DNA of 64,000 nt from Callorhinchus milii. Its lineage: Eukaryota. Position 1 is the first letter of the stretch. The number at the start of each line of letters is the position of its first letter. A model generated the notes under the pieces. It was given only the letters and a program-made list of their open reading frames with translations, was not told the DNA's origin and did no database searches. The stretch lies in assembly GCF_018977255.1 (NCBI RefSeq), contig NW_024704742.1, forward strand, positions 112,656,001 through 112,720,000, written 5' to 3'. Positions 40,160-52,089 of the stretch are shown in pieces. Position numbers and translations under genes: made by a program.

Positions 40160-42371
40160 GTGGTCTTCTACTGCCCTTGGAAAAGACTACCCCCTGAGAC
40201 CCTGTCCAGCTGCTCCATGATCGCCTCTCTTCCACTTTCAACTCCATCGTCCCCCTAAAATCCAGGATCAACACCAAACCCACCCGATCCCCCTGATACA
40301 ACAACCATCTCCACCACCAAAAACCCAAACCCGTCTGCTCGCGCGCAGATGGCAGAAAATTGGCCTGACAGTTCACTGCCAACTGTGGCTCGAGCATCTA
40401 AAACCTACCACCGTTCTTTGACACGCGCAAAAATGGTCTTCTACTCCAACATCATCTTGGAGGCCAAAAATAATCCTAAAATCCTTTATTCCACCACCCA
40501 CTACCTCCTCTGTGCCCCCCCTCAGGCCTCCTCAATCTTCACATCAAATGCCAAGTGCGAGGAGGTCATGGACTTCTTTTCAACTAAAATACTGAACATC
40601 CGCCCGGCAGCCTCAGCCACCTGCCTCTTGTCACCCACCACCACGTCCTCTCTGTCCCCCTCACCCTCCTCATCATCTGCTCCTATCACCACCCCCTTTC
40701 TACACTCTTTCCTCCCTATCCCTCCCTCCTCCCTCTCACCTACCATCACCTCCATGAAACCCACCACCTGCTGCCTCGATCTCCTCCCCACTAACTTACT
40801 GGTCACCCAGCTCCCCCTCCTCTGCCCACTACTGGCTGACATTATCAACCAGTCCCTCTTCTCCGGATCAGTCCCTGCCTCCCTCAAAACTACTGTCATC
40901 ACCCCCCTACTGAAAAAACCCTCCCTAGATCCCTCAAACCCTCAAGCCACTACCGCCATATTTGTAACCTGCCTTTCTTCTCAAAAGTTCTAGAACGCAT
41001 TGTTGCAAACCAACTTCGCGCACACCTCTCCTCCCACTCCCTCTTCGAACCCCTCCAGTCCGGTTTCCACTCTGCCCACAGAACAGAGACTGCGCTTGTG
41101 AAAGTCACAAATGACATCCTCTCTATCTGTGACCAGGGCTCCCTCTGCCTCCTTGTCCTCCTGGACCTCTCCACTGCGTTCAAAACAGTCGATCACGCCA
41201 TCCTCCTCCACCGCCTTTCCTCCGTCATTCACCTCAGTGGGACCGCACTCGCCTGGTTCGATCCTACCTCACAAACCGCCAGCAGTACATCTGCATAAAC
41301 GGCAACTTCTTCCAATCTCACCCGGTCGTGGGGTACCCCAAGGATCCGTCCTTGGCCCCCTCCTCTTTCTGATCTACATCTCCTTCTTGGGGATGTCAAC
41401 CGCATACATGGGGTACATTTCCACCTGTATGACACCCAACTCTACTTTTTCACCTCTCTTTGCAACCCCCAGTCCCCTGATATTCTGTCAGCCGGCCTGT
41501 CAGATCTCAGGAGCTGGATGAGTGCAAACTTCCTTCAGCTGAATGTTGACAAGACGGAAGCCATACTCTTCGGCTCTCGTCAACGTCTAAAATCTTATGG
41601 TTCTCACCTCCTCCACCTACCCGACCTCCCCCTAAAACTCTCCGAACCCATACGTAACCTAGGGTTAGGTTTGACCCCCAATTATCCTTCCTCCCCCACA
41701 TCCGGTCCCTCACCAGCACCGCTTTCTTTCACCTCCAATGCATCGCCCGTCTCCGCCAATACCTCTCCCCAAAAGCTGCTGAAACACTGGTCCATGCCTT
41801 TGTCACATCCTGGCTGGTCTATTCGTCGCCCTCCTCGCAGGTCTCGCATCCACTACCATCCATAAAATCCAACTCATTCAAAACTCTGCCGCCCGCATTC
41901 TCACCTGCACGAAACTCTGCTCCCCGATCACCCCAGTCCTTGCCAGACTGCACTGGCTGCCTATCCCAGAGAGGATCGACTTCGAGATCCTCACCCTCGT
42001 ATTCAAGACCCTGCACTCCTCTGCACACTCCTACCTCTCTGACCTCCTCTCTCCTCAGCACAGTACCCGTTGCCTTTGTTCCTCTGGGTCTGGCCTCCTC
42101 CTTGTCCCCCGAGTCCTCCGCTCCACCCTCAGTGGTCGTGCCTTCACCACTATGCCCCGAGGCTCTGGAACTGCCTTCCTCACTCCCTTTGTCTCGCCCC
42201 CTCCCTTCCCATTTTCAGGTCTCTGCTGAAGACTTTTCTTTTCGACCACGCCTTTGGTCATCTTCCCACCCCTCCCCCTGGCTCCGTCCCCGGATCCTAA
42301 ACTGTAAAGTGCTCTGGCATGGAGTCCGGCATGGAGGGCGCTATATAAATCCAAGTTGTTGTTGTTGTTGT
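40160..42371 (+). mobile_element. 5'-truncated L2 LINE (subfamily a), frameshifted RT and intact 3' tail
   Basis: QSGF, LLDLSTAF, GVPQGSVLGP, NFLQLNVDKTE, LHWLPI motifs; (TTG)n tail. Confidence 0.97.
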
Positions 42372-42825
42372 CTTAGCAGTGTGGTTCCAGTGGGATTGGT
42401 GTTAGCTCCGTCCTGATTCACAATGCACTTTATGCAGTCGTGTTAAATTCTGCATTTGCAAGGCAACTAGCTGATGAGTATGATTTAAGTGATCCATTTG
42501 GATACATGTTCAGCAAGGAAAGCAACAGCCTTTTACTTTCTTTAGCAGCAGCTCTGGGCCATATGAAAGGAATATTCACTTAGGTTGAAGACATTGAGGG
42601 CAACCCCCTTTAGATTCATGAGCTAGCCTGGGTCTAAAATATTCAATATTCAATGTATGATCAACGGTGATTCCTTTCAGGTGGCCTCAGAAATCTACTG
42701 TATTTAACCTGGAGACGACTACAATTTTATTGTAATTGATCGACACCCCCTCACTTTTTAAGGAAGACTGGACCTGTGTGGTGAAATCATTAAAGTGAAA
42801 AGAAGTTGACTGTAAATATTTACTG

Positions 42826-43665
42826 ACTCTATCCTCCTTGAGAGGGAGATAAGCAGGGTCTTCTTGGTACTAACTGGCTCCAAGGTGACATAATAATAAT
42901 CCTTGCATTTGATATAGCACCTTAGTACTTTGTTGAGACATCTCAAAGCGCTTCACAAAATATACTGACAAGTGAATTGACTGTATATTTTGTGACAAAT
43001 TGCGACGGCCAATTAGGCACAGGAGTGTCCCACAAACAGTTGTGGATTGAGTGACCAAATTATTATTGTTTTTTCTGAAGGGATTATTACCCCTGGAAAG
43101 TGATCCACTAGTCAACTTAAAATGTGGAGTGAGGAAACTTACCTAAGGTGTCACCCTGCCTGGGAATCAAACAAGTTCAGTTCCAGAGATAGGCATCTCA
43201 GTTGTATTCCAGGTCACTGCTGATGACAGTACAGTCAGCCTGGCTCATCGGTAGTACTTAGAAAGGCAGAGCAGTCACTGGGGGCAGGGATTCTTCCCAC
43301 TCAGCTCCTGTTGACCCTGCAAACCAAAATCCAATGGGTGGGCTGATCCTAGCTAGTCAAGCAACAGGAAAGCTTGTCAGGCAGTACTTTCAATGGTAAA
43401 CTATGCAGTTTTAACTGGTTAGACTCCAGTAATACGCCATTGCACACTCTGGGGTTCCCAAATCTTGGCTCTCGACAACCTGCACGTAATACTCTCTTGA
43501 ATTAAGTAAGCATGATGCATAACTCCAGGGTGAGAGTGTGCATTCCGTTCCGATATATATCTCAAGACTTTCCATGTACAGACATGATGCATGAAACTTT
43601 CAGTTTGGTTTGAATACTCTCAAGAATGGTGGTGGGTTTCTGCTGTGTCAGACACCTGGGTAACC
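42826..43665 (+). repeat. Repeat 'X', longest copy, interrupted by SINE A
   Basis: Collinear with 47717-48300 from CTATCCTCCTTG through TGGTTTGAATA.TCT. Confidence 0.85.
42891..43170 (-). mobile_element. SINE family A inserted in repeat X
   Basis: (TAA)n tail, family A body, GGAAACTTACCTAAGG block. Confidence 0.88.
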
Positions 43666-44379
43666 CCTAAAAATGGAAATACTTAAAAATATCTATGTTG
43701 CATTCTAAGGGGATGTTCAAGAGAAGCTACCCTGTACACACAGCTTCAGTATAGATTTTCCACTAACTTTTAAGGAGAGAAGTACAATCAATACCATTAC
43801 ATTAAACATGCAAAAAATCAAACTGCTCCCTTTGGGCTGCTCAGTGAGATCATAATCTTCTATACGTAAGGTTGTTAAAAAGATCTTAAAATCTGAATAA
43901 ACATTTCACTTGTGCATTGTGAACATATCATCTTTAGTGGGTCATTAATAGCTAAGATGCTGAAATTCTTATTATTTGGTTTTTCGCAAAGTGACACTTT
44001 GAAGATCAGCAAGTTCATTGAGTAGCAACAGCATAGTTACTGCATGGCCAGACCTTCCTTTGATTGATGATAGAATTCATTTTAGGCATTTGTATCTCCA
44101 TTTGAATGCACAGTATCAGTATTCAGCACACAAATAAACAGCTTTAGTACAAGTCTTAGCTTTGCTACCAACAGTCTTTTATTAGCAATGCGACAAGTCT
44201 CAGGATCAGATACTGCTTTAGCCAGTCAAGCAATTGTTATTTGCATAGGTGGATATGCATATGGACATTTTTCCAGTGCTTTCATACTTGAGTGTTCCAT
44301 ATGCTGCACTGGAGAAGAATTATTATAACAATACAACAATGCTGGATTATTCATTATATGCCAAGAAGAATTAGATTTG

Positions 44380-44720
44380 GGAAAGCCTAATGGTGTAGTG
44401 GATGGAGCTTCAGCACATGGATCAGGAGTTCGCTGGTTCGAATCCCAGGCAGTGCTGAGTTTGCTGGTCTAAGCCAGCGCTTGTAATGGGAATGCTGAAT
44501 TGGCCCCTGCTTTCCCAGGTTTAGCGATGGGGAAACCAGGAAGGGAGTTCCTGCTTCTGGTCTTTCTTCAGCACCCTTTACTGGTTGTGTTCACGTCAGG
44601 GTGGGGAGAGGTCAGGCTCAGCTGTGACGCCTTCTGCAGTCTGTGTTGTCTGTCGACGTTCACTGCTGTTGAATTAAATCATCGGTGGATTTGAACGTGA
44701 CATAACCAGGCTCACAGAGG
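44380..44720 (+). mobile_element. tRNA-derived SINE, AmnSINE2-like
   Basis: A-box TGGTGTAGTGG and B-box GGTTCGAATCC seen directly; body GTGCTGAGTT.GCTG.TCT.AGCCAG..AATTGGCC..GGCTCAGCTGTGA resembles AmnSINE2 as recalled. Confidence 0.6.
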
Positions 44721-44796
44721 GTTTGTTACAAACATTTTATTGACAGTATGAATTACTGAAAGGTATGGTTACCAATACAGAGAACAGAAGAATTCT

Positions 44797-45127
44797 GTTT
44801 GATTCCCGGCAGGGTGAAATGTTGGCCAAGTTTCCTTACTCCACACGCCTCTGTTTACCTAGCCGTAAGTAGGAAACCGGTTGTTAGTCGATTGGCAGAT
44901 AATTTTTCCGGGGGTAATAATCGCTTTCCCCCAAAATATAGTAATAATAATAATTTGATCACTCAATCCACGACTGTTTGTGGGACACTACTGTGTGCAA
45001 TTGGCTGCCGCATTTTACCAACAAAATATGCAGTCAATTCACTTTACAGTATAACCCGTGAAGAGCTTTGAGACTTCTGGAAGACATGATAAGGCCCTAT
45101 ATCAAATGCCAGGACTATTATTATTAT
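44797..45127 (+). mobile_element. SINE family A (long form), 5' truncated
   Basis: CAAGTTTCCTTACTCCACACGCCTCTGTTTACCTAG CORE-like block, (TTA)n tail. Confidence 0.9.
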
Positions 45128-45459
45128 ATCTAGCAAGTAAACAAGTTACAATCATCAGCACAACTTCACTAAAGTTTCAATAATTTTCCATTGTAGGCAA
45201 AATACATAGCAATACAACAGCATAATAGTCACTTAACAAAATGTCATCAATTTACACAGTTAAAGTGATTACAAATATATGTTTCATGCTGGCAAAGCTT
45301 AGCGATAGTGTACATTCCCATAAAGCATCTTCCTTAAGTCAAGAACAATTCGCCCGTGATGCTTCCTGGACAAGGCTCAAACATGAATGATGACCTTTGA
45401 GCAGAGTACTGCAGGGCATTCATGGCATAGCATCCCAGGAAGAAAAGCCAGACTACAAC

Positions 45460-47018
45460 TATAACATCAACAACTTGCACTCATATAGCGCCCTCCACTC
45501 AGGTTAGTGTCTCAGATCGCGTAACAGTGGTGGAGCCTGACTCCGAGTCAGGGGGCATGGTGGTGGGGAGATGACCGTAAGCACGATAGAAAAGGAATGT
45601 TTTCAGGTGGGACTTGAAAAAGGGGCAAGAAGGGGCAAGGCGGAGTGATTGAGGGAGAGTGTTCCAGAGTTTCGGGGCGTAGTGGGTGAAAGTGTGACCT
45701 CTGATGGTGGAGGGTGCGAGGGATGAGCAGAAGGCCAGAGCCAGTCGTGTGAAGACTCTGGGTGGTGGATTAGGGAGTGAGGAGGTCGGAGAGGTAGGGA
45801 TGTGCCAGAGAGTGAAAGGATTTGAACACAATTGTTAGGATCTTGAAGTCGATCTGTTCAGTGATGGGGAACTAGTGGAGCCTGGCCAGAACTGGTGAGA
45901 TGTGGGTACGGAGTTTGGTCTGGATCAGTATGTGGGTGGCAGAGTTCTGAATGACCTGGATCTTTTGAATAGTGGAACTGGGGAGACAGGTGAGGAATGC
46001 ATTTGAGTAATCCAGGTGGGAGGTGACAAACGCATGCACGAGGGTTTCGGCTGCATTTGGGGTAAGAAACGGTCGGAGGCGGGCAATGTGGCAGAGGTGG
46101 AAGAGGTGGTCCTGGTCAGGGACTGGATGTGGAGGAAGAAGGACAGCTAGGGGTTGAACCGGATACCTAGATTGCGCACTGGATCGGTGAGTAGGAGGGA
46201 GAACCCAGGGAGGTTCAGGAGTTCAAATCCCCAGGAGTGAAGACGTTGATGGGAGCCAAGGAGTATGGTTTCCATCTTGTCCACATTCAGCTGCAGGAAG
46301 TTTGCACTCATTCAGGCCCTGATGTCTGCCAGACAAGCTGATAGAACATCGGTGGACCCAGAGATAGTACTGGAGGAGCAAAGTAGATTTGTGTGTCATC
46401 CGCATACATATGGAAGTTTACCCCGTGTCTGCAGATGACATCGCCCAGAGGCAGCATATGGATTAGGAAAAGTAGGAGGCCAAAGATGGAGCCCTGGGGT
46501 TCCCCGCAAGTGATCGGGTGGGGGCGGGCGGAGAAACCATTTGCTGAAATGAAATAGAGGGATTAAACACTGTCTGTCCAGCACCTTGGGATGTCCTCCC
46601 GATGTGAAAAGCGCTATACAAATGTAATTTTGTTGTTGTTGTTGCAGAACTAGAACCATGCAAGTCCTGTCCCACTAAGATGGATGAGGGAGGAGAGGCG
46701 GTGGAGGAGGATGGCGTTGTCGACTGTGTCGAACAAGGCAGAAAGATCCAAGAGGACGAGGAGGCAGAGATAGAGAGAATGTCAGAGCACTGGTCACAGA
46801 TAGAGAGAATGTCATTTGTGACTTTGACAAACTCTGTCTCTGTGCTGTGGGCAGGGCGAAAACCAGACTGCAGGGGCTCGAGGAGAGAGTGGAGGGAGAG
46901 GTGTGACTGAACGTCACCTGCAACAATGCATTCCAGTACTTTGGCAAGGAAGGGTAGGTTGGAGATGGGATGATAGTGTGAGAGATTAGAGGGATCGAGG
47001 GTGGGTTTTTTGAGGATC
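45460..47018 (-). mobile_element. 5'-truncated L2 LINE with a short + strand L2 tail inserted at ~46570-46645
   Basis: Minus strand YADD, FLQLNVDK, LWNTLP and HLKTFLF motifs; CAA-rich tail at ~45460. Confidence 0.93.
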
Positions 47019-47716
47019 GTTTAATTCTTGTCCTGTTGAGATCGAAGGCCTCTGATTATTAAACCTGCATGTCGCTGTAAATAAGGAAATGGGGTGTATT
47101 ATTGTTTGTTACATTTTTATATCTGTTGTGTTCATTGTGGTGATTGGCCAAATGACTCACAAAAGCGATACTGAAATAAAAGAAACTGCTGCTGCCTCTA
47201 TGAAGTCTGAGGAACATGATTATTATCACGTTTGCCTCCCCAAACCCATACCATTCTTATTTGACACCATAAAAGTCTAAGGCCATGTACAATGTTGCTT
47301 TCACTCATATAATCTGTTTTACAAGTACTACAGCCTTGAAAATTAGTGTTCTGTAAATAGCTAAATTCGTAAATCTCCTTAATCTTAATCAATGAATAGA
47401 GGCCTTTGACAACAGACTTTTGATGTTAGAGAACCAGTGAATATGCTTTCTGCAGCTGACAAAACAAATACATGTGGAGTACTGGCATTTTCTTTATTTT
47501 TAGCATCTGAGACAGATTCATATAGAGGAACACACATATTATAAACTCTTATAACAGAAACGGTTCTGCAATGGAAAATACCTTTTCAGTGCCGAGCAGT
47601 CAGTATTGGGACAAAGTTTCTCCATGGATTACGAATCTCATAGGTCTGAATGCAGAATATTGAGAGAGGAGAATTCACATAAATCTTAGCAGAGTTGCAA
47701 CCTTGATGTGCTTTTA

Positions 47717-48300
47717 TACTATCCTCCTTGGGGGAGGTAAGTGTTTGGGGGTGCCCTGGCTCCAAGGTGATGTGTTTGGCAACGGAATGTCAGAATTGAG
47801 TCAATCCTCTATGATGGTCTCAGTGGCCTAGTTCCTGACTTAAGCGAGTCTGCAGTATTACAGGGCATTGCAGTTCCAGACCAGCCAGCCTGATTCATCA
47901 GCAGTAGGGGCAGACCAGTCACTTTGAGCAGGGACTTTTCCCACTCAGCTCCTTTAACCTAAATACGCTAAACGGAGATCAGTCCTAGCTGGACAAGCAC
48001 CAGAAAGCTTGCCAGACATTGCTCTGAATGGCAAACTTTGCAATTTAGCTGGTAAATCTCCCACAGTACCCCAACACACAATCTGGGGCCCAAGCCTTGG
48101 CTCTTACCAATCTACGCCTAATACACTCCAGAATCAGGTAAGCAGGGTGCATCCCATCCCTCCCCCAGGAAAGTGTGTGTATTTAATTCCACGGGAACCT
48201 TCTATGTGTAGGTGGCACAGATGTGTGGGATTATAAATCTGGTTTGAATATTCTTAAACGTTGTGATGTGTTTCCATATGTGTTGGCCATTTGGCTGACA
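47717..48300 (+). repeat. Repeat 'X', apparently complete copy
   Basis: Collinear with the copies at 8982 and 42826. Confidence 0.85.
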
Positions 48301-48851
48301 ATATATGTATATATTTTCAGCTTGTGGTGAAATTTGGCTTGCAGTGTAACCAGGTATGGGTTCACAATTGATATGGAATTGATTTACTTTCTTGTTCTTG
48401 ATGTAATAATTTTATCAGAACACAACTGGTTTGAAGTTCACTAGTATTGACCTGTCATAAATAGCCGCAGGATATGTTTTACATGTATTCAGGTTGGTGT
48501 TGACTGAAAATTACTGAGCAGGTCCTGCATGTCTGCTGTGGGTAATTTATCTGTACTGTTGATAGCAAAACTGCATCACCACATCCTGAAAGATTGATTG
48601 AGAGATTGTCAGCATGAAGGCTCTGATGCCTGAAATAATTCATTGAGGTGACAGAAATAAAACCAGAATTGATTTTGAAGACAAAATGTTAATAAGCTTC
48701 GCATTCGGAATGTGCACGTTTCTCTTTCACCCATTTGTATTGTATGTCAATTAAAAAGGAGATTACAATGACAAACAGGGTAAAACATTCCCATGCCCAA
48801 AAGAATACTCAAAATAGTTCTGAAATGTACACTTATTTATTGCTTTATATT

Positions 48852-49403
48852 ACAACAACAAAATTACATTTGTATAGCGCATTTCATGTCAGGAGTCCTG
48901 TAGCTCAGTGGTTAGAGCACTCGCTTTGCAAGCGAGAGACCTGAGTTCATTTCCAGGCAGGGCGAAACCTTGGGCAAGTTTCCTTACTCCACACAGAGCC
49001 TAATAATAATCCCTCCAAAACCCAAAACAATAATAAATTGGTCATTTTCAATCTACGACTGTTTGTGGGACATTGCTGTGCGCAATTGGCTGCCGCGTTC
49101 GCCCTCAAATATACAGTCAATTCACTTTACAGTATATTCTGTGAAGCGCTTTGGGACGTCCTCCCGACGTGAAAAGCGCTATATCAAATGCAAGGATTAT
49201 TATTATTATTATTAGTGGAGGACGTCCCAAGGCACTGGACAATTTGTGTTTTGGACCTGTGCTGAGGGTCAGGATCAGGGAGGGTGGAGGGCAGAGGGTG
49301 AATGAGGGTGACCGAAGGCACGGTTGAAGAGTAGGGTCTTGAGATGGGTCTTGAAGGAGGCAGGGGAGCGGGCTAGGTGAAGGGACTGTGAGATGGAGTT
49401 CCA
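48852..49403 (-). mobile_element. L2 3' fragment interrupted by SINE A
   Basis: Tail ACAACAACAAAATTACATTTG; the stem-loop is split at 48892 and resumes GGAGGACGTCCCAAGG at ~49217. Confidence 0.85.
48892..49214 (+). mobile_element. SINE family A (short form), full length, little diverged
   Basis: A and B boxes, CORE-like block, intact stem-loop AGCGCTTTGGGACGTCCTCCCGACGTGAAAAGCGCT, (TTA)n. Confidence 0.95.
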
Positions 49404-50186
49404 ACAACAATAACAACAACTTGGATTTATGTAGCGCCCTCTATGCCAGACAGCGTCTCAGAGCGCTTCACAGTGATGGATTCCGGGGCCGGGGAGGGGG
49501 AGGAAAGTGACCAAAGGCGTGGTCCAAAGGAAAGGTCTTCAGCCGAGACCTGAAAATAGGAAGAGAGGAGGCGAGGTGAAGGGAATGAGGAAGAGAGTTC
49601 CAGAGCCTCGGGGCATAGAGGCTGAAGGCACGGCCACCAAAGGTGGAGCGGAGGACTCGGGGGACAAGGAGGAGGCCAGACCCGGTGGAACGAAGGCAAC
49701 GGGCACTGTTTTGAGGAGAGAGGTCAGAGAGGTAGGGGGGTGCAGAGGAGTGGAGGGATTTGAAGACAAAGGTGAGGATCTTGGACGTTCCTCTCTGGGA
49801 TAGGCAGCCAGTGCAGTCTGGCAAGTACTGGGGTATTTGGGGAGCGGAGTTTGGTGCGGGTAAGAATGCGGGCGGTAGAGTTTTGTATGTCCTGAATTTT
49901 ATGGATGGTAGTGGAGGGGAGACAGGCGAGGAGGGCATTTGAATAGTCCAACCGAGAGGTGACAAAGGCATGGACCAGGGTTTCAGCGGCTTTTGGAGTG
50001 AGGTATTGGCGGAGACGGGCGATATGTCGGAGGTGGACGAAAACGGTGCTGGTGAGGGACTGGATGTGGGGAAGGAAGGATAATTGTGGGTCGAACCTGA
50101 TGCCTAGTTTGCATACGGGTTCGGAGAGGTTTAGGGGGAGGTCGGGTAGATGCAGGAGGTGAGAACCGTATGATTTTAGACGTTGA
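49404..50186 (-). mobile_element. L2 subfamily a 3' fragment
   Basis: DYSNALL, IQNSTAR, LHWLPI motifs; (CAA)n tail at 49404. Confidence 0.95.
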
Positions 50187-50721
50187 TTTCAAGATCCTCA
50201 TCCTCACCTACAAGGCCATTCATGGCCTTGCTCCCTCCTACCTCTCCAACTTACTATCCCCCTACCTACCTGCCCGTACCCTCCGTTCCTCTGGCTCCGG
50301 TCTGCTCCACGTCCCCCGCCCCAACCGCCCTACCATCGGTGGTCGGGCCTTCAGCCTCTCAGCCCCCAGGCTCTGGAACTCCATCCCCCAGTGCCTTCGC
50401 CTTGCTTCCTCCCTTTCCTCCTTCAAGGCCGGTCTCAAAACCTTTCTCTTTGACCGTGCCTTCAGCTCCCCTCTCGACTCTCTTCCCCCTCTTCGCTCCC
50501 TCCCTTCCCTCCCCTCACCCTGACCATTTCCCCCCTCCTTGCTCCCTCCCTTCCCTCCCCTCACCCTGACCATTTCCCCCTCCTCGCTCCCTCCCTTCCC
50601 TCCCCTCCCCTGACCATTTCCCCCCTGCTCGGGTCATGACCCAACTGTGCAGCGCCTTGGGACGTCCTCCTGACGTGAAAGGCGCTTTATAAATGGAATC
50701 TTGTTGTTGTTGTTGTTGTTG
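50186..50721 (+). mobile_element. L2 subfamily b 3' fragment
   Basis: FKILILTYKA..LWNSIP..LKTFLF, stem-loop, (TTG)n tail 50701-50721. Confidence 0.95.
50495..50626 (+). repeat. Three-copy ~45-bp pyrimidine-rich tandem repeat in the L2 3' UTR
   Basis: GCTCCCTCCCTTCCCTCCCCTC(A)CCCTGACCATTTCCCCC occurs three times. Confidence 0.92.
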
Positions 50722-51285
50722 ATAAGAGCCAAAGAGTATGGAGAGGGTGGAATTCCAGGGTTAAGGGCAGAGAGGTTGAAGGCCCGCTTGCCAATGGTGG
50801 GCAAGCGAGGTGGGGGACGTGAAGCAGGCCAGAGCCTGCTGAGCAGAGGGTGCAGACAGGTTGGTAGGTGGTTAGGAGGTCGTAGAGGTGGGGGAAAGCA
50901 AGGCCAAGAGGTCTTTGAAAGTGAGACCCAGGATCTTGAAATGTATTCTGTGTGTGATGGGAAGCCAGTGGAGTCGGGCGAGAATAGGGGTGGTAGGGTC
51001 GGGGAGCCTGGTGTGGGAGAGGACACGGGCTGCAGAATTCTGGATGATCTGCAGCCTTTGGAGGGAGGAGTTGGGGAGGCTGACAAGCAGGGACTTTGTG
51101 TAGTTGAGCCTGGATGTTATGAATGCATGTATGAGGGTCTCTGAGGCTGCAATGTGAGGCAGTGGCGGAGCCGGCCGAGTTTGCGGAGGTGGGGAAAGGC
51201 AGAGGGGTTCATGGCATGGATGTGGGGTAGAAAGGATAGTTGAGGGTCAAACAAGGTGCCAAGATTCCGGACTGATGATGCCACC
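50722..51285 (-). mobile_element. Older L2 3'-region fragment
   Basis: Minus strand QIIQNSAAR and LHWLP motifs, GKRAF. Confidence 0.85.
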
Positions 51286-51300
51286 AAGAGGGAGCATATA

Positions 51301-51730
51301 ATAAAATAATAATAATCCTTGCATTTAATTTAGCGCTTTTCACGTCTTTGAGACAACAACAACAACATCAACATAATTACATATATATAATGCCTTTTAC
51401 GTTGGGAGGATGTCCCAAGGCGCTGAGCCGTCTCAAAGTGCTTTACAGAATATATTGTAAAGTGAATTGACTGTGCATTTGTTGGCGAAACGTGGCAGCC
51501 AATTGCGCACAGCAGTGTCCCACAGTCATTAATTGAGTGGCCAAATTCTTCTTCTTCTTTTAAGGATTGGTATTCCCAGAAATGCGATCTGCCAATCAAC
51601 TAACAACTGGGTTCCTACTTACTGCTAGGTAAACAGAGGTGTGTGGTGTAAGGAAACTTGGCCAACATTTCACCCTGCCGGAATAGAACCCAAGTCTCTC
51701 GCTTGCAAGGCGAGTGCTCTAACCACTCAA
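51301..51730 (-). mobile_element. SINE family A (long form) with an L2 tail inserted at ~51353-51424
   Basis: Head, CORE-like block and body; tail stem-loop interrupted by a (CAA)n L2 tail. Confidence 0.88.
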
Positions 51731-52089
51731 GGAGGAAGAGGAGGCAGAGAGAGCCCTGGGTCGCAGATGTACAAAATGGCATTAAGCATCCTTTGGAGTG
51801 TCTTTTATTTCCTGGATTTCACATGAATGGAATGAAAAATGCAACATGTGATAAGTTTGCACTGCTAATAATTATCACATTGTATAAATGTGATGTGTGT
51901 GTCTTCATCTTTAAATTCCTGTCCCTCCCTACCTCTTAGACCGCGACTATAGTTACTTTCCCTTCTCCCTTGGTGAATGTCCACCACTCTGAGACACTAC
52001 CCTGAGTGAAGGGCACTATATAAATGCAAGTTATTATTGTTATGCATATCTAATTTTTCACCTTAATCATTTTTAACCTTCAACTCTCA

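Noticed and set aside
50495..50626. Regularly spaced repeats as a CRISPR-like array
   Set aside because: No unique spacers; it is a tandem expansion in an L2 3' UTR in eukaryotic DNA
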